A stretch of DNA of 64,000 nucleotides. Origin: Flectonema sp. DT1601 (Eukaryota). Location of the stretch: positions 372,001-436,000 of the forward strand of contig OZ025806.1 in assembly GCA_964019425.1 (NCBI GenBank), read 5' to 3'. This document shows positions 23,519-34,740 of this stretch, piece by piece (the first letter of the stretch is position 1; every line of letters starts with the position of its first letter). Below the pieces are notes generated by a model, which worked only from the letters and a program-made list of their open reading frames with translations, made no database searches and had not been told where the DNA came from. The position numbers and the translations under genes were made by a program.

Positions 23519-26206
23519 ATGGCTGCCGTACCTGCTGAACGAGGAGCTTCCTGTCAAACATGTGAGTTAGGCCTTCAGGCTATCCGAAGAGACGTAGCTG
23601 TCAAGCAGACTAGTAGTGTACTTAGTCATTCCTTGTTGGCAAAGGTGGTTAGGACCAAATTGACTTGCCCAGAGTTAATTAATGCCTTGCTCTTACACGA
23701 TGACAAGAAGAATGATTTCTTTCCGAAAGTAAACTCATCGAAACTGGTGTCTTTGATAAAGAAATCTACCGTCGACACCAAAACGGCTCTCATTGATGCC
23801 TTGTTGTTTCATAGTAATCCGACATTACGAATTCAAGATCCAGTGAGAAGAATATCTATACCCGGAATTGAACTTAATAGAATATTTTCGAAAAATAAAA
23901 TTATTGTGTGTCCTCAGCATTCAGTTATTAATGGATTGAGTGACGTCAATGTTGTTATTTCTTCAAAGGTTAATCATCTTGACAGAGAAGGACCTGCGAA
24001 TTCAGCAAACAACACCACCGACACCAACACCAACACCAACAGCAACAGCAACAGCAGCAACGACAGTACGGAATCTGATCCAGAAGAGAAAAAAGGAATT
24101 TCATACATACAGCTAAGCAGTGACAGCATCACTAATAACACTTTAGTACGAAGTATTGATACTCTCATGTTAGACCTCAATAGTAATGATGCAGCAGAGG
24201 TCACTGTACCTCCATACAGGGATGACAATACTAACGCAATTCTCGTTTCAAAAGAGACTGACGAAGATGGTAAAGGAATGTTTCAGTATTCTACTCCTAT
24301 GTATGAAAAAAAAGTAAAATTTATAGGAAAATCATTCGACAGCAGAACAGCTGAAGATATCCATGAGTGGACCGAGTTATTCGCATCTGGGATAGAATCA
24401 CCGACATTCACAAGGCCGGGTGCTGTTCATTTCTTTAAAATGGCATCGTACCTCTTATCGGAATTAAAAATTGATAAATTTAGACTTGTAAGCTCTATGA
24501 GTTTGATGATGATGAGCAAGGTTATATCTGCACAAGTTCCCGAGTACTTGAGAGCAGCTGTCAACACTCTGAAGGTTAAAAATAACGATCCAATGGTTAA
24601 AACAGAACTAACAAAACACTTAGGACAATATTGTATTCTCCAAGCTGCTCAGATAGTGACAGCGGAATTGCAGTCAACTTTATTTACTGAGTTGGGTGAG
24701 AAGACACGAAGAGCTTTAATGAGAAAAGTTTTTTCACATTTACATAATTTAGATTTCCTGTTCCATTCTGGAAGAAGTTCTGGATGCGTCTGTCGTATAA
24801 TAGAAAGAGGATCATCTGCCATTCAATTGACAATATCTGCTTTGGTATTTGAGTTTATTCCAAATGTCTTGGAGTTGGCGTTAATGGAAAGAATGCTAAG
24901 ACGAAACTTAGGACCCGTCATTGCAAAAACATCTACTGCGACGCTGGTTCTATACACAGCATGGACTCTTCGATTAAACCACTACTCATCTAGAGAAAAG
25001 CAAAATGTGAACAGATACGACAACATCGCAAGTGGACGGCTGTATGACTCGCTTTCTAATCATCAAATAGTCAAACTTTATAACGGCACAGATACAGAAA
25101 TAAAACGATTAGACAGAGCACAACAGGCACTCGGTAACGCTTCTATCTCATACAGGAAAGCTATCTCTCTGACAAACATTGGACAGCGGTTAATCCTAAC
25201 TGGTGGAATCTCATTGATGCTTCATCAGCTAGCTTCTGGAGTATTACGAGGACAACTTACATTTGGTGATTTGTTCTTATTCAAAGCCTACATACTACAA
25301 GTTAGAAAACCAATTGAAGCGATGGGATTTATGTATAGAAAGACCCGCCAAGGAATGACTGATTTATCAAATTTATTTCAACTGCTAACGGAAGTCAAGC
25401 CTTATATAACTGACCCAAAGAATCCTCAAAAACTACCGATTCGAGTGACTCAAACAAAGGGTGGAAAAGGAAAGAATGGAAGGATAGAGATTAAGGGAGT
25501 TGATTACAACTATTCAAGAAGTTCTAAGATGGCCTTGAAATCATTAAACTTAGCGATCAGAGCAGGTGAAAGTGTTGGGATTGTTGGTGAGTCTGGATCA
25601 GGGAAGTCAACGTTATCGAAACTCCTTAGCCGATTACTTGAACCCACGAGCGGATCAATTTTTATCGACGGAGTAGACATAACAAAAATATCATTAAAAT
25701 CACTGAGAGATGAATTAGTCGTCGTACCTCAGGAACCTCTTTTGTTTAACGACACGATTGCTTATAATATTGGGTATGGACGACCTAAGGTTGGACGATA
25801 CGAAATTGAGGACGCCGCCATCAAAGCAAGAATCCACGACACAATCAGATCACGTCCTGAAGGATACCACACAATAGTAGGACAGTCGGGTGTTAAACTT
25901 AGTGGAGGAGAACGACAGAGATTATCATTAGCAAGAGCTCTATTAAAGAATCCTAGAATACTTATATACGATGAAGCAACAGCAGCACTAGACCCTGCTA
26001 CTGAGTTGGGGGTAGTTAGTAGTATTTTATGTTTACCTCATAACCCCACTTCTATTATTATTACTCATAGATTATCATCTATAAGGAACGTTGATCGTAT
26101 CGTTGTATTATCTGGAGGACGGATATCAGAATCGGGAACACACGAACAGTTACTGAGAAGCAATGGGAGGTACGCGGCTATGTGGAACCAACAACAAGGT
26201 TTCTAA
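23519..26206 (+). CDS. ABCB half-transporter, ATM1/ABCB7-like, with long N-terminal extension
   Basis: VFSHLHNLDFLFH..RSSG, GESGSGKST (Walker A), LSGGERQR, LIYDEAT, ITHRLS. Confidence 0.92.
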   Translation: MAAVPAERGASCQTCELGLQAIRRDVAVKQTSSVLSHSLLAKVVRTKLTCPELINALLLHDDKKNDFFPKVNSSKLVSLIKKSTVDTKTALIDALLFHSNPTLRIQDPVRRISIPGIELNRIFSKNKIIVCPQHSVINGLSDVNVVISSKVNHLDREGPANSANNTTDTNTNTNSNSNSSNDSTESDPEEKKGISYIQLSSDSITNNTLVRSIDTLMLDLNSNDAAEVTVPPYRDDNTNAILVSKETDEDGKGMFQYSTPMYEKKVKFIGKSFDSRTAEDIHEWTELFASGIESPTFTRPGAVHFFKMASYLLSELKIDKFRLVSSMSLMMMSKVISAQVPEYLRAAVNTLKVKNNDPMVKTELTKHLGQYCILQAAQIVTAELQSTLFTELGEKTRRALMRKVFSHLHNLDFLFHSGRSSGCVCRIIERGSSAIQLTISALVFEFIPNVLELALMERMLRRNLGPVIAKTSTATLVLYTAWTLRLNHYSSREKQNVNRYDNIASGRLYDSLSNHQIVKLYNGTDTEIKRLDRAQQALGNASISYRKAISLTNIGQRLILTGGISLMLHQLASGVLRGQLTFGDLFLFKAYILQVRKPIEAMGFMYRKTRQGMTDLSNLFQLLTEVKPYITDPKNPQKLPIRVTQTKGGKGKNGRIEIKGVDYNYSRSSKMALKSLNLAIRAGESVGIVGESGSGKSTLSKLLSRLLEPTSGSIFIDGVDITKISLKSLRDELVVVPQEPLLFNDTIAYNIGYGRPKVGRYEIEDAAIKARIHDTIRSRPEGYHTIVGQSGVKLSGGERQRLSLARALLKNPRILIYDEATAALDPATELGVVSSILCLPHNPTSIIITHRLSSIRNVDRIVVLSGGRISESGTHEQLLRSNGRYAAMWNQQQGF

Positions 26207-26608
26207 AGTTTTTTTTTTTTAAACGCGCGCTAACCAAAGAAGGAGCCTTCACCCTTCTCGCTAAATACGAAAGTCAGACGGAGGTTTAATATGTAGTTAT
26301 GTTAACCATCGCTTGTGACAGCAAAAATTATTTAAAAAAAAAAAAAAAAAAATCACCTTCGATTCAAAGGAGGAATGTCGGACAGAGAGCTGTTTGTCGT
26401 CGGTCGAATTTATTTTTTTTTGCCTTTTTTTTTTTTCTTCTTCTTTTTGGATTCTGATATTCTTTAACTAGGTTAGAAAATTTCAAAAATCGAATGCTTT
26501 TCCAAAATTAGAAAAGAACCGTCTCTCTGGTTCTGTGTATTGTTTTGTTTAGTTTATTTGATTGTTTATATATCTTTCCTTTAAAATAAATAGTACCTCC
26601 CCTTAGAG

Positions 26609-29600
26609 ATGTCGTTGCCTGGTATTCAAAGCCCATCACCAATACCTGTAAAGCTCCCCTCAGCTGATGGTAAGATATCGCTCGACGTTGTTAAATATTT
26701 AATTGGTGGAAATGATATTTCACACAGAACTGATAGAAGAATAAAAACACAACACCAAAGCACTGAAGTTGAAAAGAGCGATGAAAAGGATATTATGAAA
26801 AGATTATTGAGTGAAGCTAGAGACCCAGATTCATTCGTGGCAAGCGTTCTAAAAGTCAGTCAGGTAGGAACAGAAGCTACGCCTCCGGCAATGATCCCGA
26901 GAGAGTATTGGATCTACAGTGAAAATCCTTTATCTCACGCATTTGGGTCTTCTAATACAGCTTTCTTTGATCAAAAATTGAGTATTTGGAAAAAAAAAAT
27001 TTTTCCCTCTGAAAAGCCATCATCCAGAACAGAAGTTATACTTTTAGCAAAAACACTTGATATGATGTTATCCAAAGTAGATATAAGTGTGGTGAGCGAT
27101 ACAGAAAAGTGTTACTCGGCAGAAAGTTCTGACTACAACACGACTTTTAAAAAACTGTTGGAAATATACAACGTTGGTTTTGGTGAACTCATACGTCAGG
27201 TTTACGTTCAGTGCGCTGAGAGAGGAGTAGTGTTGGATGGTATTCGAAATTTGTACGCAGATTATTCGAGTAATTGTCTTGAAATTATTGCGTTTTTAAA
27301 ATCTCAAGTTAGATCTTCGAAGTCTAAGTTAAAACAAGCAGCTGATCAAGTGACCAAGGCAACCTCAGCAGCTAAAGCAGCCAGATATGAGTCAATGTTG
27401 ATCGGGATCGAACTGAAACAACTAACTGCAAATAATGAATCTTTATTATTGAAAATAAAAAATCAATCAGCCTTGGAAAGAAGAGCATCGTTAATGAAGT
27501 CATTCTTAACAAATCAACAATCAAGAAACGCTATGCTACTTCAACTAGGAAATGATAATAGTAGGGAATTACACGGAAATTCTCTTCAGGAATGTGTTGA
27601 GGAAGATGAATCTAGCGATGGTCATTCTACGCAACCAACGAAAGGAAATGAAAGGATGAATTCTGAAAAGGAAATAAAAAAAATGAATTCAATGCATCGT
27701 AACGACGCAAGTAATCGATCTCTTAAAAAAAAAAAGTTAACATCTCAATCCACACAAACGCTAACAGATGACGTGTGGGATCAGCCGCTCTACAATTCCT
27801 TAGTCTCATTCTGTGACATGGTAAGGAAGACGGTAACTGCAACTGAAGAGGTGACTCCATTGTATTCTTGTTTAGTATTTAACAATCCTTTAGAAAGTGC
27901 TAAATGGGCTCAGAAGAAGATGAAAAAAATTATTGAGGAATACGTCTCCACAGCTGATGGACAGACGAATGAAAATACTGAGTCTGATGAGGGAGTGATT
28001 GGGTCATTTACGATAACGAAAAAAGTGCTTTCGGAGACTCTGGAAGATGTCACCGTTACCTTAAAGGAGATAGTCACTCGGTTGACATCGTTTTACTCAT
28101 CGGCACAGTTTAAAGCAAAAATTCAAGGACTACTAAGACAAGATACGAATAGAATTCAAAAAGTACTGACAGTTGAGGATCTGGTCCCCACCACTGAGAC
28201 GGGAACCGTATCTTCACTTCAACCTCCTCGTTCATCAGAAGTTTGTCCTCTCTGTGTCAGACCTCCAGAGAAAGAATTCACTACCTCACTTGTTGATTCA
28301 AAAAAAGTTCATTCAGAAGGATCCATGAAGCCTCAAAAAGAGTTAGGAAAACAAACTCCAAACCAAGCTGCTGTTGATGAGCTGTTGGAAAAACTTCGAC
28401 TGTCGGAAGAAAAATCAAAACAACTCGAGAATGACATGACTGATACATTAGCTAAAGTCGAACATGCGGAAAGAAATGCGACAGCAATGGAGAAGCAGAT
28501 GAATGCGAGTATTGAAACACTGAGAGAAACAGTATCAGATCAAAGAAGAATGTTAGACTCTCAAGCAAGTGATCTCCAACATCGAAAACTAGAGAACATC
28601 GTTAATAAAAAAGTTCAGGAAATGAAAGCTGAAAAAAAAGCTTTGCAGCAGATTCCGAGAAGTCCGACACCACCAACTACAGCACCTCCAAATCGAGTGT
28701 CCGTTGAACATGTGATTGATAAGGTTAAGCCTTCAGTGAACACGTCACCACCACCAGAACCAATTACTGAACATAAAAAACCTCCTTCTACTGTCTCACC
28801 TGATCCAGTTGTTAAAAAGCCTCGTACAAAAATTACTTCTCAACCTTCGAAAATTAGAAATAGAAAACCACAACCAACACCAACCCAAACTCCCGCTGTA
28901 AAAAAACCAAAAATCAATCAAAAAGAAATACCAAAGATCTCTGAAGCTAATCAAGATGAATTCGAAAAAGATGACATTCTGATTGAGGATGATAACCAAA
29001 GTCAAGCTAGAGATGAGGACACAGTCGATGAAGACGAACGTTCTAACTACAGTTCAGAGCCTGCTCCCTCCTCAATGGCATCTAAAGAGGCTGAGATTGA
29101 TCCTCCGCAAAAAGATATGTTTATTGACATTGGACAGGTGGTACCTAACACTGGAGTCCTCCCCCGTCGTAGAGGAACTCTCAATAGAGAAACGACTCAT
29201 CGACTGGCTAAAAAATTATCTCCTCAGGAACGCGCTGCCGAACTAGCTGTTCACAAAGAACGTCGAAGAAGAGAATTAGTCGCTGCTAAGAATGTTCAAA
29301 TGTCTCATATTCTTGAGAATGCCGGAAATACAAAACCAAAAACTCAACTTTGGCTCCTTCGTCAGGTGAACTCATTTTACAGAGCAAAGGCTATTGCGGA
29401 TATGGTATGGATTTCTATTTTAAATTCTTCCTCCTTCTGTCCGACTTCACTTTAAATGATGACAACGTTTACAAAACACTCTCGTTCTTCTGACTCATGT
29501 TTGATGAGCCATTGTAAATCATGCTTCTGCAATTCTGAGGATCTGTTTTTCTTCTTCTTCTGTCTTTGAGAATCCCACTCAGTAATTGAGTACAGTCACC

Positions 29601-32600
29601 CTTCCAGTTTCGATCTACGAGAATGATTAAAAAAGAATTTGGCATTTGGCTTGAAGGTTCTCCCTGTTGATACTAAACAATTAACTACCTTAATCTAATT
29701 TGATGATTTGTGAAAAGAGAATGAATTCCCTCCTTCCTCCTTCTGTCCGACTTCACTTTAAATGATGACAACGTTTACAAAACACTCTCGTTCTTCTGAC
29801 TCATGTTTGATGAGCCATTGTAAATCATGCTTCTGCAATTCTGAGGATCTGTTTTTCTTCTTCTTCATCTGTCTTTGAGAATCCCACTCGGTAATTGAGT
29901 ACAGTCACCCTTCCAGTTTCGATCTACGAGAATGATTAAAAAAGAATTTGGCATTTGGCTTGAAGGTTCTCCCTGTTGATACTAAACAATTAACTACCTT
30001 AATCTAATTTGATGATTTGTGAAAAGAGAATGAATTCCCTCCTTCCTCCTTCTGTCCGACTTCACTTTAAATGATGACAACGTTTACAAAACACTCTCGT
30101 TCTTCTGACTCATGTTTGATGAGCCATTGTAAATCATGCTTCTGCAATTCTGAGGATCTGTCTTTCTTCTTCTTCATCTGTCTTTGAGAATCCCACTCGG
30201 TAATTGAGTACAGTCACCATTCCAGTTTCGATCTACGAGAATGATTAAAAAAGAATTTGGCATTTGGCTTGAAGGTTCTCCCTGTTGATACTAAACAATT
30301 AACTACCTTAATCTAATTTGATGATTTGTGAAAAGAGAATGAATTCCCTCCTTCCTCCTTCTGTCCGACTTCACTTTAAATGATGACAACGTTTACAAAA
30401 CACTCTCGTTCTTCTGACTCATGTTTGATGAGCCATTGTAAATCATGCTTCTGCAATTCTGAGGATCTGTTTTCTTCTTCTTCTTCATCTGTCTTTGAGA
30501 ATCCCACTCAGTAATTGAGTACAGTCACCATTCCAGTTTCGATCTACGAGAATGATTAAAAAAGAATTTGGCATTTGGCTTGAAGGTTCTCCCTGTTGAT
30601 ACTAAACAATTAACTACCTTAATCTAATTTGATGATTTGTGAAAAGAGAATGGTTTCCCTCCTTCCTCCTTCTGTCCGACTTCACTTTAAATGATGACAA
30701 CGTTTACAAAACACTCTCGTTCTTCTGACTCATGTTTGATGAGCCATTGTAAATCATGCTTCTGCAATTCTGAGGATCTGTTTTTCTTCTTCTTCTTCTG
30801 TCTTTGAGAATCCCACTCGGTAATTGAGTACAGTCACCCTTCCAGTTTCGATCTACGAGAATGATTAAAAAAGAATTTGGCATTTGGCTTGAAGGTTCTC
30901 CCTGTTGATACTAAACAATTAACTACCTTAATCTAATTTGATGATTTGTGAAAAGAGAATGGTTTCCCTCCTTCCTCCTTCTGTCCGACTTCACTTTAAA
31001 TGATGACAACGTTTACAAAACACTCTCGTTCTTCTGACTCATGTTTGATGAGCCATTGTAAATCATGCTTCTGCAATTCTGAGGATCTGTTTTTCTTCTT
31101 CTTCATCTGTCTTTGAGAATCCCACTCAGTAATTGAGTACAGTCACCATTCCAGTTTCGATCTACGAGAATGATTAAAAAAGAATTTGGCATTTGGCTTG
31201 AAGGTTCTCCCTGTTGATACTAAACAATTAACTACCTTAATCTAATTTGATGATTTGTGAAAAGAGAATGGTTTCCCTCCTTCCTCCTTCTGTCCGACTT
31301 CACTTTAAATGATGACAACGTTTACAAAACACTCTCGTTCTTCTGACTCATGTTTGATGAGCCATTGTAAATCATGCTTCTGCAATTCTGAGGATCTGTT
31401 TTTCTTCTTCTTCTGTCTTTGAGAATCCCACTCGGTAATTGAGTACAGTCACCCTTCCAGTTTCGATCTACGAGAATGATTAAAAAAGAATTTGGCATTT
31501 GGCTTGAAGGTTCTCCCTGTTGATACTAAACAATTAACTACCTTAATCTAATTTGATGATTTGTGAAAAGAGAATGGTTTCCCTCCTTCCTCCTTCTGTC
31601 CGACTTCACTTTAAATGATGACAACGTTTACAAAACACTCTCGTTCTTCTGACTCATGTTTGATGAGCCATTGTAAATCATGCTTCTGCAATTCTGAGGA
31701 TCTGTCTTTCTTCTTCTTCATCTGTCTTTGAGAATCCCACTCGGTAATTGAGTACAGTCACCATTCCAGTTTCGATCTACGAGAATGATTAAAAAAGAAT
31801 TTGGCATTTGGCTTGAAGGTTCTCCCTGTTGATACTAAACAATTAACTACCTTAATCTAATTTGATGATTTGTGAAAAGAGAATGGATTCCCTCCTTCCT
31901 CCTTCTGTCCGACTTCACTTTAAATGATGACAACGTTTACAAAACACTCTCGTTCTTCTGACTCATGTTTGATGAGCCATTGTAAATCATGCTTCTGCAA
32001 TTCTGAGGATCTGTTTTTCTTCTTCTTCTTCTGTCTTTGAGAATCCCACCCGGTAATTGAGTACAGTCACTATTCCAGTTTTGATCTACGAGAATGATTA
32101 AAAAAGAATTTGGCATTTGGCTTGAAGGTTCTCCCTGTTGATACTAAACAATTAACTACCTTAATCTAATTTGATGATTTGTGAAAAGCGATACTGTCAG
32201 TTTCTTTTATAGGACTACAATCATAATCTAAGACAAGTAAATAACCAAAAACCCAAACCAGACAATACTGGGAAGTACTGACACCCCACTGACTGAGTTT
32301 ATAATTGACAAAATAAGACAAAAACACGGTTCGAAAAAGTTGTCGGATGCTTCAATTGGAACGCTTCTTGTTACTGTTTCTCATTACAAGTCTGATCCAA
32401 GAATTGAGTTATTTGCAAGTTTTTTAAGCGGAGTGTTCTCAACAAGGGCATTGTCGTTAGTAGTGAGGTATAATAAGATAATTGACGAAACGAGAGCTGG
32501 ACCTGAATATTCAAAAAGCCCGGCTGATGATCGAAGGTGTGTATTAAAACAATATGATAAGAGAGGTTTCCAGTTTGGGCTTTTATAAAAAAAAAAAACG

Positions 32601-32905
32601 ACAACAACACCAACAGCGAACCTACTATCGTATCTTTAATTAGGTGTTTTTTTATACTTGGGCAGTTGGAAGAAAATGAATCTGTTATCATGGCTGTTAC
32701 TAATGCTGCAACTGAAGCATCATTTGCAGTTAATGAAAAAGTTTATCGAGAAGGTATGATCAAGACTGGGTACACACCTAGTGAGATTCCAAAAATAGAA
32801 AAACAATGGCAGTGTGATGAAGAAACCGCAAGACATGCAATTCGAAAAGTTGATTTCTTGTCGTTGGTAGCGGAACACTCTGCGGAAAGTACTTTGAAGA
32901 GCTAA
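26609..32905 (+). CDS. Large coiled-coil protein with an axonemal dynein light chain (p28-like) domain (3 exons, about 1119 aa)
   Basis: FGELIRQVYVQCAERGVVLDGIR motif; exons 26609-29404, 32262-32536, 32617-32905 join in frame via GT-AG. Confidence 0.78.
29428..32188. repeat. Intronic tandem array, 9 near-identical units of 306-311 bp
   Basis: cctccttctgtccgac recurs at 29430, 29736, 30045, 30354, 30665, 30974, 31283, 31589 and 31898. Confidence 0.97.
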
Positions 32906-33235
32906 TCGCTTGTGACGTTTCTGTTTTTTTTTTTACCGAACAATGAGGTAAGAAATAATAAGTTGCCACGTCTTTTTCTTTCTCTCGTGGTCTATCTTAG
33001 ATTATATAAAAATATATTTTTTTATTTTTTATTTGAAACAAATTGTTTCTAATTTTTTATACTCCATTCACTTATGTATGGATCACTTACACGTAAAGTT
33101 CCTTTTTTCTTTTTTTTTTTTAAAATTGGGAAAACCCCTAATTCCACAAAAATAGTTTGCGAAATCGCCAACTCATCACAAAAAAAAAACGTCCCACCCC
33201 GATATGAATAAAAAGAGGGAAAAAACTTTCTGTAC

Positions 33236-33251
33236 TTTCTGTACTTTATTG
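33236..33251 (+). other. Retrocopied 3' part of the euglenozoan spliced leader
   Basis: TTTCTGTACTTTATTG matches my recollection of the last 16 nt of diplonemid and Leishmania spliced leaders; a partial duplicate tttctgtac lies at 33227-33235. Confidence 0.88.
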
Positions 33252-33315
33252 ATTTCCTACCATTACCTGGTGAGAGTCGATTTTGTGCGGGTTTTCTGAC
33301 AGACATAAAACTATA

Positions 33316-34740
33316 ATGAGCAGTTGTAAGGAGCTGCTTTTGGATGTGATGCGGTTAGTACAAGAAGTGGAGAAAGGACTAGCAGGAGAAGAAAAGAGAA
33401 GGAGGGTTTTGACTCTCACGATGAGAGTGCTGGAGCAGCTGACGGAGGACTCCGGAGAGAAACAAGGAGAGTCGTCAAAGAGAAAGACGACAGAGCAAGA
33501 GAGGAAGGGGAAGGAGTCCGGGGGACAACGACAGGAAGCGGCGAGCACGGTGAGGGATGGAAATGATGGAGGCCCGACGCCAACTACCAACAACAAGAAA
33601 CCCACTCTGCCAGAGTGGTACATTCACGCAGCGTGGGCTAAAGCAACACCTACGCTTAAATTCTCAGAAGCAATCGATGCCTCCAAAAACAACGCGGACG
33701 GACTCGTGCTCATCAGCTCAAAGGCTGATTATGAAGCACTGAAGCAAACACGAACGAAGGGCGACTGGACTGCCATCTCAAAGTCTAAACTGTTTAAAAC
33801 AACAGTCCCAGTCGCACTTCCAGTCGTAAAGAAGTGCGGAACCTGCGTCATTCGTAGGGTATTTGTCACCCCGATTTGTGGCAAAGATTTCACTGCCGCA
33901 AGAGAAGACGCCATCGAGCCACCACAGCCGGACCCAGTTCTATTCGTACAAGACTGGAGTAAATCAGCAGAGAGCACTCTCACCACTAAGGTGAAAGAAT
34001 TAATTAAAAAGTGGGAGCTGAAGACATCGCCCTTCGGATTTAAAAAATGCGATATGCACACATCTATGGCGATCCGTGTGCCAAACTTCAGAATTTCTGA
34101 AATTCTGGAATACAACAACAGCGACACCTCCAGTGAGAAGAGAGATCTATTCATCAGAAACCCATCTTGGTCTAATGGCCAAGACTCTTGGAACACAGTT
34201 CAGTTCGTTAAGGACTTGGGCTTCAAAGCGGTGCTGGGCAAACTTTCAGTTCTTTCAGCAATCAAAGGTAGCTTCTACATCACGAAGTTCCGAGAGTGCT
34301 TTGGGCTGAAAGTTCAACCCGGGTTTACTCAAAAAGTGAGAGAATCACTCGGGGATTCTCTGAAACCCGCACTGCCGACTGGTCAGCGTTTTATAATTAA
34401 ATCACTGGCTATTAAGAAGTTCACGACGCAACAGATCAGCGATCACCTGTTGCACGCATACAAGTGGAGTCACACAATTGTGGCTAGTTTTCATAAGGGA
34501 GGCAACAAAACGTTAATTGCAATCTCTGAATCGGTTCCATCACCAAGCTTCGTCGACATGGGTAAAGATGCGTACCTTGTAATCAACATGGAAACTAAAA
34601 GAGAAAAGCCGGTCAAATTGGGGCCGACCTTCAACCCGGGCAAGGGTCCAGTTATATCTGGTGATCTGAAGCGACACTGTGCTGAAGAACCAACCGATAC
34701 TACTGAAACGACTGATGTGGAAATGGATAATTCAAACTGA
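33316..34740 (+). CDS. LINE ORF1 protein (474 aa), no recognised domain
   Basis: ATG 64 nt after the SL remnant; intact ORF ending in TGA at 34738-34740. Confidence 0.85.
   Translation: MSSCKELLLDVMRLVQEVEKGLAGEEKRRRVLTLTMRVLEQLTEDSGEKQGESSKRKTTEQERKGKESGGQRQEAASTVRDGNDGGPTPTTNNKKPTLPEWYIHAAWAKATPTLKFSEAIDASKNNADGLVLISSKADYEALKQTRTKGDWTAISKSKLFKTTVPVALPVVKKCGTCVIRRVFVTPICGKDFTAAREDAIEPPQPDPVLFVQDWSKSAESTLTTKVKELIKKWELKTSPFGFKKCDMHTSMAIRVPNFRISEILEYNNSDTSSEKRDLFIRNPSWSNGQDSWNTVQFVKDLGFKAVLGKLSVLSAIKGSFYITKFRECFGLKVQPGFTQKVRESLGDSLKPALPTGQRFIIKSLAIKKFTTQQISDHLLHAYKWSHTIVASFHKGGNKTLIAISESVPSPSFVDMGKDAYLVINMETKREKPVKLGPTFNPGKGPVISGDLKRHCAEEPTDTTETTDVEMDNSN

Noticed and set aside
29428..32188. 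Tandem array as a CRISPR, SL-RNA or 5S array
   Set aside because: No unique spacers, no SL exon sequence and no recognisable 5S or snRNA motifs in the unit.
33227..33260. SL RNA gene
   Set aside because: The SL 16-mer is followed by ATTTCC rather than a GT donor, and the 5' part of the leader is missing; it is a retrocopy.
34738..34740. Genome-wide stop-codon reassignment as the explanation for the in-frame TGA
   Set aside because: Host genes end in TGA (e.g. 47046, 60838), TAA and TAG, and their long exons contain no internal stops.
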